A DNA stretch of 64,000 bases, taken from IMG/VR virus record IMGVR_UViG_3300049381_000011, positions 1 through 64,000 of that record; one strand, written 5' to 3'. Positions 1 to 8,776 of the stretch are shown here, piece after piece. Position numbers and translations under genes: made by a program. The notes under the pieces were generated by a model, which was not told the DNA's origin, searched no databases, and saw only the letters and a list, made by a program, of their open reading frames with translations. The first letter of the stretch is position 1, and every line of letters starts with the position of its first letter. Origin of the DNA: a virus (taxonomy: Duplodnaviria > Caudoviricetes).

Positions 1-62
1 CCACCAAAACGGGGGGGGGCCCAGCCGTTGTATCGGCGCCCCCACCCCTGCCAATCTGGTGG

Positions 63-815
63 TTATGTGAGGGCGTCGGCGACCGCGTCGACTTGCCACG
101 CGTCGGCGAGGCCTGCGACCCAGGCGATGACCGTGTCCGCGGGCAGCTCGTACACCGTCCGAGCGAAGGACACCTGGAAGTGTTTCGCTCGTAGGCACTG
201 GCTGGGGTCGAGCGGCGTGAGCCAGCGCAGGATCTCGTACTCGTGCCCGAGTGCGAGCGCCCGGGCGCGATTGAGTCCGGCCGGTGCCCGTGGTGCGGTC
301 CTGGTCGGTGCGATGGGTACCTGGGGCGACCCAGGGGTGATGTCCGCGACGCCTTCGTATCGGACGTCCCAGCGCCGGTTGCAGCCGGCCATCATCTGTT
401 GGGCCATCACCATCGACAGTGACCCTCCGCGACCGAACTGCAACGCGGTGGAGATCGAGTGGCGGGTCCGGCCGATGCGCTCGGCGAGCTCGGTCGGCCC
501 GATCCCTTCCTCCTCCATGGCGGCGCGGATCGCTATCCGGCATGAGTCGGCCAGGCTGGGATTGACGAGCACCTCCCGTACATGGGCGATGTCGTCGACT
601 GACGTCTGGGTGCGGGTGGTGTCCTCGGTGCCGAGCGTGAGCGCCTGCAGCCAGGCCCTGGTCTGGGTGGCGTCGTAGATGCGCCGACGGCCGTGGATCT
701 CCATCGTGTAGCGCAGATCGCGGCCGGTGCCATCAACGCCGACGTATTTATAGCGTTGGCGGGCGTGGTCGGCCATCAGTGTCTGGATGAGCGGCGGGTC
801 TTTCGCCTGGGTCAC
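63..815 (-). CDS. XRE-like HTH DNA-binding protein
   Basis: AMEEEGIGPTELAERIGRTRHSISTAL HTH; GTG start overlaps upstream stop (GTGA at 812-815). Confidence 0.6.
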   Translation of the reverse strand: MTQAKDPPLIQTLMADHARQRYKYVGVDGTGRDLRYTMEIHGRRRIYDATQTRAWLQALTLGTEDTTRTQTSVDDIAHVREVLVNPSLADSCRIAIRAAMEEEGIGPTELAERIGRTRHSISTALQFGRGGSLSMVMAQQMMAGCNRRWDVRYEGVADITPGSPQVPIAPTRTAPRAPAGLNRARALALGHEYEILRWLTPLDPSQCLRAKHFQVSFARTVYELPADTVIAWVAGLADAWQVDAVADALT

Positions 816-1144
816 GGATGCGCTCCTGTTATGCCGGTGTGGATGTGGCGCAGCGTAACGGTCCATCCTCCCTTTTCGACGGTGACCCTGGTGATCCTTT
901 GCCCGAGGTGTTGATCACTGAGGACCGTTCTGCACGTGGCGCCTACTGCCGAGTACCACTCATTCAGGTCGTGCGGATGATCCAGTTCGATGTCGACGCT
1001 GTGCAGGCCTGGCGAAAGGTGAACTTCACTCGGAGCGGATAGGCCACTCCCGACGGCACCGAGCCAGCGCATCATGGCCGTCGCGGACGTCGGCGTGACA
1101 CCCGGTTTGTGCGTCGTGCCAGGCGCGACGGTGTTTGCGGCCAT
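812..1144 (-). CDS. Hypothetical protein
   Basis: GAGGGAG SD before ATG 1144; own promoter at 1182-1210. Confidence 0.6.
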   Translation of the reverse strand: MAANTVAPGTTHKPGVTPTSATAMMRWLGAVGSGLSAPSEVHLSPGLHSVDIELDHPHDLNEWYSAVGATCRTVLSDQHLGQRITRVTVEKGGWTVTLRHIHTGITGAHP

Positions 1145-1181
1145 GAAGGCTCCCTCAGGTGGGTATCGGGTGTGTCGATAC

Positions 1182-1210
1182 AGACTAACCTGAGGCGCAT
1201 AAATCGGAAA
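1182..1210 (-). promoter_or_regulatory. Phage-motif promoter (TTTCCG-17-TAGTCT)
   Basis: Variant of the repeated TTGACGATTTA motif with 17-bp spacing to TANNNT. Confidence 0.6.
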
Positions 1211-1214
1211 TATG

Positions 1215-1694
1215 TTAGATACGAAAAATGGGCCCAGCTCGGCGAACTTCAAGGTCCAGAACGCAGGCGGGGCACAGCGGCCCGGTCGAGCTGACGCCGT
1301 ACTTCGTGAGGTGGCGGCCGCCGCACAGCGAGCACGGGCCCGCGGACGTCGACGGCTTGTCGATCGGGGGGAACTGGCCGTGCGGATCGGCTTCTAGCCT
1401 CACCTTGCGGTAGAACGACGCTTCGTGGCATGTCGTCCAGTGGACTGCGTACCGAGGCCTGTCCGGGTCGTCGCCGGCGGTGAACGGGCGGGCGGTCCAC
1501 TCGCCGGTCTTCGGGTGCTTGTCGAGGACGACCAGGCCGTGGGCGTCGCGGCCGGCGTCGATCGGCACCCGGGCGCCGGTCGCGGTCGGGATCCAGCGGA
1601 CCTTCGACCGGCTGCACCGCGGGACCTGGCACGCTTCGACCTTGTACAGCTCGGCAGGGGTGCCCTTCGTCGACTTGGCAGCCGCCCTGGTCAT
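1215..1694 (-). CDS. Zn-finger-containing hypothetical protein
   Basis: CxxxxC, HWTTC, CSLC...CPAC motifs; coupled to 1691 gene by ATGA overlap. Confidence 0.65.
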   Translation of the reverse strand: MTRAAAKSTKGTPAELYKVEACQVPRCSRSKVRWIPTATGARVPIDAGRDAHGLVVLDKHPKTGEWTARPFTAGDDPDRPRYAVHWTTCHEASFYRKVRLEADPHGQFPPIDKPSTSAGPCSLCGGRHLTKYGVSSTGPLCPACVLDLEVRRAGPIFRI

Positions 1695-2140
1695 GAGGTC
1701 GCCTTCGACCTGAGGCTGGTGACAGCCTTCTGGTAGCGGGCGTAAGCGGCCCGGAACGCGTCGGCAGTTCCGCCACGGTCAGGGTGCGCGGCGGCCATTA
1801 CGGCTCGCAGCCGGGTGACCTTCTCGGCGGCGGTTTCGGGTGGGGGCGGCGCGGCGGCGGACGCCTCTACGAAGAGCTGGTAGTCCGGTGCCCACGCGCC
1901 AACCGATCGGTTGTAGGCGCTTCCGGTCTGTTCGAGGGTCTGCCGGTCCACGGACCGTCTCCGCTCGTGTCCGGCATCGTAGAAGATCCGCTTGGGGGTC
2001 TTCTTGACGATCAGGAAATGCTCGACGGTGGTGACGATGTAGCCGCCGGCATCCTCGTGACTCCAGCTGCCGTACAGGTACTCGGCGGGTGCGACCGGAC
2101 TCTCCGCCAGCTCACCGACCGGCACGGGGCCGGCGGTCAT
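1691..2140 (-). CDS. Protein with C-terminal J-domain-like (HPD) segment
   Basis: AAAHPDRGGTADAFRAAYARY; ATG 2140 overlaps rep stop. Confidence 0.65.
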   Translation of the reverse strand: MTAGPVPVGELAESPVAPAEYLYGSWSHEDAGGYIVTTVEHFLIVKKTPKRIFYDAGHERRRSVDRQTLEQTGSAYNRSVGAWAPDYQLFVEASAAAPPPPETAAEKVTRLRAVMAAAHPDRGGTADAFRAAYARYQKAVTSLRSKATS

Positions 2141-3333
2141 GACGTGCTCGCCGGTGCGGGGTTCGCGGCCTGGTGCAGGTGCTGCAGGAGCTCGGCGAAC
2201 GTGGTGACGTCCAGTCCGCGGCGCTGCGCGTCGCCCATCTGGAGCTCGTGCTGGTGCGGCCGGCAGGTGGGGCATTGCGCCACGCGGTCTGGGCTGCTGC
2301 CGCTGCCGTAGACCGTGATGAGGCCGTGCCTGCATCCGTCGATGGCGCACGGGACGGGTGGGACGTCTGGAGCGGTGGCCTGCCGGGGCAGAGTGCGGCG
2401 GGGCGGTGCTCCGAGGTTGTCTAGCCGAGTCTTGATGCAGGCGTACACGTTGCTGGCGGTGAGTAGGCTTCCTCCGACCTTTTCTGCCAGGTCATCTTCG
2501 TTCCAGCCGGCATCGAGGGCGGTTCCGAGCCGGACGAGTAGCGTCGCGCGCTGCTCGCCGTGGGTTCGACGGTGGGCCGGTTCGCCGGACTCGACGTGGC
2601 GGAGGATGCGGCCGGCAGGGGTTTTCTTCTCTTCTGCGGAGCGAGCTGCCTCCTCCTCCGGGGTCGGGTGGTCGTCCGTGTGAGGCGTCGATGTGGCGGG
2701 AGGGGAGGAGGGGGGTTTTTTCTTATCCCGAGTGTTACCCCCAGTCTTCTTTAAAGCCTGCGGGTTTTGGGCCTGCCGGTTACCGACCTGCCGGTTACCG
2801 ACCTGCCGGTCCGTGAAGGTCGGTTCGGCCTGCGGATCTTCAACGTTTTCGCTGGTGGGACCGACATGCGATTTTGCGCGGTCGGTGGGCGTGCTCTCCC
2901 CGCGCTGTGGTGCTGGCGGTGGTTCGGGCTGTTCTGCCTGGTCAGCCTGTTCTGCGAGGTATGTCGGGTCGAGCCAGCATGGCTCGACCATGACCTTCAT
3001 CCGCCCGTACTGCAGCAGCAGCTCCTCAATCTCCTGCAGCTCTGCTGGGGTGTCGAACGAGTAGGTGTCGGTCGACCAGTGACCTTTGCGGTCCTGGTGC
3101 TTGACCTTGACGACGTATCCCTTGTCGACGAGGTCGCGCATGCTGCGGTACAGAGCGCGGCGCGACGTCTGCTTACGCCGGCGGGCGAGCTCGTCCATCG
3201 TCATCGGGCAGTCATCGGGCAGGCGCAGCAGGATCGCGTGCAGGCCGACGGTCAGCACATCGTCGAACAGGTCGATGGCCTCGTTCGTGATCTGCGTGAA
3301 GCGGGTCAGGCGCCCGCGACGGAAACGGTTCAT
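2137..3333 (-). CDS. Phage replication initiator (N-terminal winged HTH, C-terminal Zn finger)
   Basis: FTQITNEAI...TMDELARR...LYRSMRDLVDKGYV wHTH typical of actinophage initiators; low-complexity linker with DNA repeats; CxxxxC/CPTC at C-terminus. Confidence 0.7.
   Translation of the reverse strand: MNRFRRGRLTRFTQITNEAIDLFDDVLTVGLHAILLRLPDDCPMTMDELARRRKQTSRRALYRSMRDLVDKGYVVKVKHQDRKGHWSTDTYSFDTPAELQEIEELLLQYGRMKVMVEPCWLDPTYLAEQADQAEQPEPPPAPQRGESTPTDRAKSHVGPTSENVEDPQAEPTFTDRQVGNRQVGNRQAQNPQALKKTGGNTRDKKKPPSSPPATSTPHTDDHPTPEEEAARSAEEKKTPAGRILRHVESGEPAHRRTHGEQRATLLVRLGTALDAGWNEDDLAEKVGGSLLTASNVYACIKTRLDNLGAPPRRTLPRQATAPDVPPVPCAIDGCRHGLITVYGSGSSPDRVAQCPTCRPHQHELQMGDAQRRGLDVTTFAELLQHLHQAANPAPASTS
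2772..2810. repeat. 15-bp tandem repeat (CCTGCCGGTTACCGA x2.6), putative iterons inside rep
   Basis: Direct repeats visible in sequence; adjacent T-rich tract at about 2716-2756. Confidence 0.6.
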
Positions 3334-3447
3334 CGCGCATCTCCTGTGCTGCAGGAGACGGAAACCGAAGATGTGGATCTTTCAGAAATACGAGACATGC
3401 CTGGCCCTTAGGTGTACGCAGGCAGCGTCTTTGGGTAGAATCCCCAT

Positions 3448-3556
3448 AGACCGTAGCCCACTAGTTTTGCGAGATGCCGACAGACGCTTGGTGTGTGCAG
3501 TCGGTGTTCCGGTCATCGCGGGCCGCTAGGTTTTGGACGAACCTGGCGGCCCCGCA
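3448..3556 (+). ncRNA. Putative antisense (countertranscript) RNA to the rep leader
   Basis: TGTACG-17-TAGAAT promoter at 3413-3441 on +; two hairpins (about 3473-3508 and 3518-3555) whose G-U pairs form only on the + strand. Confidence 0.5.
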
Positions 3557-3562
3557 GTCTGT

Positions 3563-3826
3563 CTAGGCCTCCCTCGCATGGATCGCAATGCGCGTCTGCA
3601 CCGGACGGGCCGGGGTTGTGATCAGCCCAGCGCCACGCAGGTCCGCGAGCAGCAGGTCGCGCATGTACGCCGCCTCGGTGTTGTAGCCCAGATCGGCCCA
3701 CCGCTGCTGTACCAGGTCCTTTTCGGCCGCCGTGACGTTCGCGCCGATGTTCACCGTGCGCTTTCGGTCCGGGGGCAGTGTGGGGCGTCCTCCACGCGAC
3801 TGTCGGGTTTGGGTGGCCGTCTGCAT
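3563..3826 (-). CDS. Ribbon-helix-helix (CopG/MobC-like) regulator
   Basis: GGRPTLPPDRKRTVNIGANVTAAEKDLVQQRWADLGYNTEAAYMRDLLL pattern. Confidence 0.65.
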   Translation of the reverse strand: MQTATQTRQSRGGRPTLPPDRKRTVNIGANVTAAEKDLVQQRWADLGYNTEAAYMRDLLLADLRGAGLITTPARPVQTRIAIHAREA

Positions 3827-4063
3827 CGAGCACTCCTCTCATCGGGTCCGTCCATAAAAAATAGTCGGGAAAACCACTTTGTGGCTACGCGACACGCGGT
3901 TGCAGCGGGGGAGTTGGCCATTTCTGTATGCTGTGCATGCCCCGTGCGTCCCGGGCGAGTTGGAATTGGTGTGATCGCGCCGCTGCTGCGCCCGCGATCT
4001 TCACGCGCAGGTGGTTCCCAAACCTGACCCTGCAGCGGCCGCCGACTCTCCCCCGATGCCGGT

Positions 4064-4097
4064 TCAGGCGCCCAGCCCACACGGGCTGGGCGCCTGA
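4064..4097. terminator. Perfect hairpin after AAA ATPase gene
   Basis: TCAGGCGCCCAGCCC-ACAC-GGGCTGGGCGCCTGA. Confidence 0.65.
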
Positions 4098-4119
4098 TTC
4101 TTATCCGGACGGGGTCAGG

Positions 4120-5259
4120 TCACTCCTGGACGGACTGTCCGGCCGGTACCGTCTCATCCTCGGTCCGCTTGCCGGGCGCCTCGTCGGCGTCGACCGGGAC
4201 GTGGGCCTCCGCCGTGAGAACGCGAGCCGGGTCCTCCGGTTCGGCGGTCGCGGTCCCCTCGATCACCGTGGACGTCCGGGCGGTCGCCGTGTCGAACTGC
4301 AGCGCACGGACGAGCAGCCATTCGAGCGAGAACTCGACGTCTTTGTACCAGCGGCCCCGCGGGTTGATCTCGACCGGCTCGCTGTTCCCACCGACGCGGA
4401 TCGCAGCCTTACCCGCACGGCGCAGACCGGCGATCTGCGGATACTTGTCCCGCGACAGCCGCACCCAGGCGGTGGTCGCGAAACCCAGCTCCTTCTGCGC
4501 CAGCACCCGGTAGATCTTCCTCTTCGTCGGGTTGCCGTTGTCGTCCATCTCGGAGACCAGCCCACCGCGGGCGGTCACGACCACGATGGCCGACATCGTC
4601 ACCAGCTCAGTGACGAGCTTGCGGTGGCGACGGTTCGCCGCGTTCCAGAACGTTGTCGACACATCGACCTCGTCGTTCGGGTTGATGAGCAACTTCGCGG
4701 CGTTCTTCGGCGCGGTCATCGCCCGACGCTCCGCCCAGTCGGACAGGTACTGCCAGATGACAGTCATCGAGTCGACGATGAACAGGACCGGCTTAGCGCC
4801 GTTCTTGAGCGCTTCCTGCGCCTTCTCCTTGACGTAGGCGACGCAGCCCATGATCTGGTGCCAGGTGCCGTCGTGGACGAGGATGTTCACGTCGTCGTTG
4901 ATCTCGCCGAGCCAGTCGATGTCCTCACCGAACGCCAGGACGTACGTGTCACCGATCATCTCGCTGGTGGACAGCTCGAACGCTAGCGTCGACTTGCCGG
5001 TGTACTCCTCACCCTCCACCAGGATCAGCGGCCAGCGCAGGCCCGGCTGCGGCTTGCGGGTCGTCGGCACGTACGGGGCGAGAACCTGCCGGGCGATCTC
5101 CCTGCGCTGCTCCGCGCTGGGCCGGCTCGCCGACTGCCCGACCCCTGCCGGCCGGTCGGCGCCCGGCTCCTGGACCCCGCCGAGCCATGCCTCGTCGGCT
5201 ACAGCCGGCTTCGCGGCCGCCGCGGTGGTGGGTCGTTCTGCTACCTGAGTGGTCGTCAC
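4120..5259 (-). CDS. AAA/RecA-fold ATPase, Sak4-like recombination protein
   Basis: Walker A GEEYTGKST, Walker B LFIVDSMT; directly downstream of YqaJ exonuclease. Confidence 0.7.
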   Translation of the reverse strand: MTTTQVAERPTTAAAAKPAVADEAWLGGVQEPGADRPAGVGQSASRPSAEQRREIARQVLAPYVPTTRKPQPGLRWPLILVEGEEYTGKSTLAFELSTSEMIGDTYVLAFGEDIDWLGEINDDVNILVHDGTWHQIMGCVAYVKEKAQEALKNGAKPVLFIVDSMTVIWQYLSDWAERRAMTAPKNAAKLLINPNDEVDVSTTFWNAANRRHRKLVTELVTMSAIVVVTARGGLVSEMDDNGNPTKRKIYRVLAQKELGFATTAWVRLSRDKYPQIAGLRRAGKAAIRVGGNSEPVEINPRGRWYKDVEFSLEWLLVRALQFDTATARTSTVIEGTATAEPEDPARVLTAEAHVPVDADEAPGKRTEDETVPAGQSVQE

Positions 5260-6239
5260 TTCTTCGGCTCCTTGAATCTGCGATGTTCCTGGTCAGGTCC
5301 GTAGTACGCCAGCTCCAGTACCGGCGTACCGCGGTCGGTCGCGGTCTGGGCCGTGAGTAGCCCAGCCTTGAACCTGTTTTCGATCAGATCGAGCTCCGCT
5401 TTACGGATCTTGATCTCCTCCTTGAGTACGCGGCGGCGACGTGCCCAGTCCGCGCATCCGGGAAGCTCAGCGAACGGTGCAAGCTGGTCGGCTTTCGCCG
5501 AGCTCTCTTTGCACGCCCGGGTCGTGGCTTCCGACCCGTCGACGGCCGGGGGCAGCCCTTCCAGGACGTGGTCCCAGAACCAGGCGCCGGCGCGCTGCAC
5601 CATGTCGGCGACCCGGTCGACGTCGTACTCCAGCCGCCACGACTTCAGCCCGTACTTTCCGCCGTCGGCGACGACGTACCAGTGCGGCAGGCCGGTCACG
5701 GCCATGCACCAGTGCGCCTGGTCGGCGGCATGCTGCGCGGGCCCGTACCGCCACAGGTCACCCCAGTCGTCGGTGTCCGGGGCTTTGAACTCCACCCCGC
5801 CGCCGTCGTTGGTGAACCGGTCGGGGTTGCATCTCATCCATGACGGCAACGTGCGGCCGGTGTCGGGGTCGAGCTGCAGCCGCGCCCACGTGCCGGTCTT
5901 GCGCATGGACAGGCCGGTGACGTCGGCGAACCACTGGCCGAGCATCGCTTCGGCGTAGCGGCCGCGGGTCATGATGGGCGTCGACCGGATCGGTGGCCGG
6001 CGACCGGTCTTGGTCAGCCACAGCCCGAACTCGGACTCGAATCCGCTGCCCATGATCGTGGCGATGTCGGATCCGCCGATGCCGTCCAATCGGGCATCGA
6101 GCCACGCCTGATGGTGGGTGTGGTATGCGCCGACTGGCAGGATTTCTACCGCTCCGACCGGTTGTGGCCATAGGCTCGCCGGGACGTCGACGGTCGACAC
6201 GGCGGCGGCGATGTTGCTACCGTGGGCCAAAGGAACCAT
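5256..6239 (-). CDS. YqaJ-like (lambda exonuclease family) nuclease
   Basis: WLDARLDGIGGSDIATIMG, RGRYAE, NPDR...GVEFK, QAHWCMAVTG motifs. Confidence 0.9.
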   Translation of the reverse strand: MVPLAHGSNIAAAVSTVDVPASLWPQPVGAVEILPVGAYHTHHQAWLDARLDGIGGSDIATIMGSGFESEFGLWLTKTGRRPPIRSTPIMTRGRYAEAMLGQWFADVTGLSMRKTGTWARLQLDPDTGRTLPSWMRCNPDRFTNDGGGVEFKAPDTDDWGDLWRYGPAQHAADQAHWCMAVTGLPHWYVVADGGKYGLKSWRLEYDVDRVADMVQRAGAWFWDHVLEGLPPAVDGSEATTRACKESSAKADQLAPFAELPGCADWARRRRVLKEEIKIRKAELDLIENRFKAGLLTAQTATDRGTPVLELAYYGPDQEHRRFKEPKK

Positions 6240-6365
6240 GGGTGTCCGTTCTTCTTCGCGGTTGAGCGTGCCGGTGCTTCCTGGTCAGACGAGTCCCTCG
6301 TCACGGCGCGCACACCTCGGTGTGCAGGGCATTCCAGTGCCCGTCCGTGGATGGGGGATTCGTCG

Positions 6366-6908
6366 TTACACGGCCGCCATGTGGTCGACGCCGACAGCCT
6401 GCGGCACGTCGGGGTTCGTGCGCGGCCGCCCGGGCGACGTGCGCCTGGCCTTGAAGTAGTCGGCGTCGAGACGGCCGCACTGCTCGCCCCACGTCAGCAC
6501 GTCAACGGGCCGCCACCGCGGCGCACCCTTCTGCCCGGCGCGACCGTTCTGGCTGAAATGCCCAGGCTGGCGGACTTCTTTGTCCGGGATCGGCGCCGGC
6601 AGGCCCTGGTCGACGGCAAGGGGATTGCGCAGGTACGACCAGCGCCACTTCGCCGCGGTCGACTTGGCCACGCCGAAGACCTGCTCAATCCGGGTGAGCG
6701 ACCACGGCCGGTCATCGCCGCGCATGTACTGGCGGCGACCCAGGCGGGCGCTGTCGGACAGCGCGGCGACCTTTTCGGGGGTCATCTTCCACAGTTCGTC
6801 GATCAGGGTGTAGACGGAGACGATCCGCTGGTCGGGGCGGCTGCGGGCGCTAGGGTCGGTGACGACGTCCAGCGCAGCGAGCAGGGCCGTCTGGTCCTCT
6901 GTCGTCAC
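6366..6908 (-). CDS. HTH DNA-binding protein
   Basis: WSLTRIEQVFGVAKSTAAKW HTH, PGRPR AT-hook-like tail; GAGGTG SD before GTG 6908. Confidence 0.55.
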   Translation of the reverse strand: MTTEDQTALLAALDVVTDPSARSRPDQRIVSVYTLIDELWKMTPEKVAALSDSARLGRRQYMRGDDRPWSLTRIEQVFGVAKSTAAKWRWSYLRNPLAVDQGLPAPIPDKEVRQPGHFSQNGRAGQKGAPRWRPVDVLTWGEQCGRLDADYFKARRTSPGRPRTNPDVPQAVGVDHMAAV

Positions 6909-6969
6909 GGGAATCACCTCAATCGTGTAGGGATGGCAGGCACGCCCGGATGGCGTGCCCGGTCCCTTC

Positions 6970-6998
6970 ACCCTAACCGATCAAGCGTAAATCGGCAA
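6970..6998 (-). promoter_or_regulatory. Phage-motif promoter (TTGCCG-17-TAGGGT)
   Basis: CATGTTATTGCCGATTTA motif. Confidence 0.7.
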
Positions 6999-7012
6999 TA
7001 ACATGTCTCTTA

Positions 7013-7285
7013 TTAATTGGTGTGGATGAGCCCCAGTGCCAGCTGCAGCCGCTCCCACTCCGCCCGGTTCTCATCCGTCGGGGACAGCAGCGTCACGACC
7101 TGCGCGAGGAAATACCGCCGATCGGCGCCGGCGGTGCCACGCACGCATTCCAGCTTCCCTTCGTCGGCCCACTTCGCGACCGTCTTGGCCGCCACGCCGA
7201 ACATGTCCGCGCACTCCGAAGGCCTCAAAAGGGCGGGGCGCTCGCGTAGCCACGCGAGCGCCCCGCCCTGGTCCGTCATCGTCAT
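7013..7285 (-). CDS. bldC: BldC-like MerR/Xis-type HTH protein
   Basis: LLRPSECADMFGVAAKTVAKWADEGKLECVRGTAGADRRY matches the BldC pattern LLTPAEVAxMFxVxPKTVxRWAxxGKLxxIRTLGGHRRY. Confidence 0.65.
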   Translation of the reverse strand: MTMTDQGGALAWLRERPALLRPSECADMFGVAAKTVAKWADEGKLECVRGTAGADRRYFLAQVVTLLSPTDENRAEWERLQLALGLIHTN

Positions 7286-7506
7286 GACTGCAACAAGCCC
7301 ACTCCGACGACGACGACCAGACCTGCGATGGTCAACCATCCCACTCCCTGTACGAACATCAGGCAGGCGGTCCGCAGGTGCCTGCCGACCCGCTGCAGCG
7401 GCGTCCAGTCCACGTACTCCCACACCCTGCCGATCGCGTACACGGCTGCCGTCCAGGCGATCGCCGCCAGGACCCACGCTGCAGGTGTCATGCCTCCATC
7501 CGTCAT
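7282..7506 (-). CDS. Small membrane protein
   Basis: Two hydrophobic segments; ATGA overlaps on both sides. Confidence 0.6.
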   Translation of the reverse strand: MTDGGMTPAAWVLAAIAWTAAVYAIGRVWEYVDWTPLQRVGRHLRTACLMFVQGVGWLTIAGLVVVVGVGLLQS

Positions 7507-7787
7507 GCTTTCCCTGCGTTCTTGCGCTTGATCCGCTGGCGTTCCCGTTCGGATTTGCCGCCCCACACCCCGAACCGCTCGTCGTGTTCCAGGGCGTACG
7601 CCAGGCACTCATCCACGACCGGGCAGCCCGCGCAGATCCGCTTCGCCATGGTCGGCGACTCGCCCTTCTTCGGGAACCACTCGTCGGGCGCCGCCTGGTT
7701 ACACGACGCCCTTTCCTGCCATGCCCCCTCGCCGACCAGGTCAGCGAATTTCATCTGTGCCTCCTGCGCCAACTGGCCGCGGTTCAT
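7503..7787 (-). CDS. whiB: WhiB family Fe-S transcription regulator
   Basis: WQERASC...WFP...AKRICAGCPVVDECLAYAL...GVWGG signature. Confidence 0.95.
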   Translation of the reverse strand: MNRGQLAQEAQMKFADLVGEGAWQERASCNQAAPDEWFPKKGESPTMAKRICAGCPVVDECLAYALEHDERFGVWGGKSERERQRIKRKNAGKA

Positions 7788-8317
7788 GCCTGATCAAGTT
7801 TTCTGCGGGCGCCAGCCAGCGCGGCCTGCGCGCTGCGGGTCGACGTCGCGAGGATCCGCCCGAACGACACGTGGCCCGGGTAGCGCCGGCCGTCGACGCC
7901 GTAGCCGCCGGCGGTGAGCTTGAACGCGCCGGTCACGGCCACCCACAGGTAGCCGCGCTCGGCGACACCGTCCACGTCGGGCGGCATCACCGGCTCGACG
8001 ATCGTCACCAGGACGCCGTCGACGTCGACGACGTCGACGACCCGGGGCATGTACGGCGTCTCGCTCGCCGCGACGATCGCCAGGAACTCCGTGTCGACGT
8101 CAAGTGCGACGACCAGGTCCTCGTCGCGGACGCCGGCGAGCTCGCCCTCGGTCGGGCTGACGATCCGGTAGCTGTACCGGCCGCCGGCGACCCCGGTCAG
8201 CCGCTGCCGCCCGGTCACCCGGTACAGGACCGGCGTGCGGGCGGTGTCGTCAGCGAACCGGACGAGGTCACCACGGTCGTACTGGATGACGGTCGTGTCA
8301 TTGGGGATGTAGCTCAT
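7784..8317 (-). CDS. Hypothetical protein (SH3-like N-terminus)
   Basis: ATG 8317 after CUGGAA hairpin and AGGAAGG SD. Confidence 0.65.
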   Translation of the reverse strand: MSYIPNDTTVIQYDRGDLVRFADDTARTPVLYRVTGRQRLTGVAGGRYSYRIVSPTEGELAGVRDEDLVVALDVDTEFLAIVAASETPYMPRVVDVVDVDGVLVTIVEPVMPPDVDGVAERGYLWVAVTGAFKLTAGGYGVDGRRYPGHVSFGRILATSTRSAQAALAGARRKLDQA

Positions 8318-8340
8318 GGGCGCAATTCCTTCCTGGCCAG

Positions 8341-8395
8341 CGAGGGTTCCAGCCCTCGGTAGATCCAAACTACCCGCACGACCATATATCGTCAA
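8341..8395 (-). promoter_or_regulatory. Phage-motif promoter (TTGACG-17-TAGTTT, 8367-8395) plus CUGGAA leader hairpin (8341-8358)
   Basis: CGAGGG-CTGGAA-CCCTCG followed by CCAGGAAGG. Confidence 0.7.
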
Positions 8396-8410
8396 CATGT
8401 TGTGTCGGCT

Positions 8411-8776
8411 TTACCGGGCGGCTTTTGCCAGGACCGCCCGGGCCAACCGGATTGCCGGCTGCAACGCCACCACCTCAGGCGTCATCTGCGGATGCGACCA
8501 CAGCGGCACCTCGTGCCCGTCGACGTGGAGATGCTGCCCCGCCTCATACGTCAGCAGCTGCGCGACGAGCTCGGCGACCACCGGATCCCACAGCGGAATG
8601 TGCTCGGCGTCCTCCGGTCGGTAGACCGCCTCGGCAACCGTCCCCTCCGGACCATGAACGATGAAGCTGCCCTCATGCTCCTGAACCCACGGACCGGGGG
8701 TCGCCGCCGCGCCAACCGTCCGGATGTACGCGGCCGCGTCCAGGAGCTCCTGCGCCGGCGTGATCTGCTCAGCCAT
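8411..8776 (-). CDS. Hypothetical protein (ATPGPW / Ead-like motif)
   Basis: AAATPGPW...DAEHIPLWDP motif common in actinophage early genes; TGATG coupling. Confidence 0.65.
   Translation of the reverse strand: MAEQITPAQELLDAAAYIRTVGAAATPGPWVQEHEGSFIVHGPEGTVAEAVYRPEDAEHIPLWDPVVAELVAQLLTYEAGQHLHVDGHEVPLWSHPQMTPEVVALQPAIRLARAVLAKAAR

Noticed and set aside
1-60. G-run near the window start considered as a genome terminus or cos site
   Set aside because: No supporting terminal repeat in the window; may be part of a hairpin after the 63-815 gene or an arbitrary cut point.
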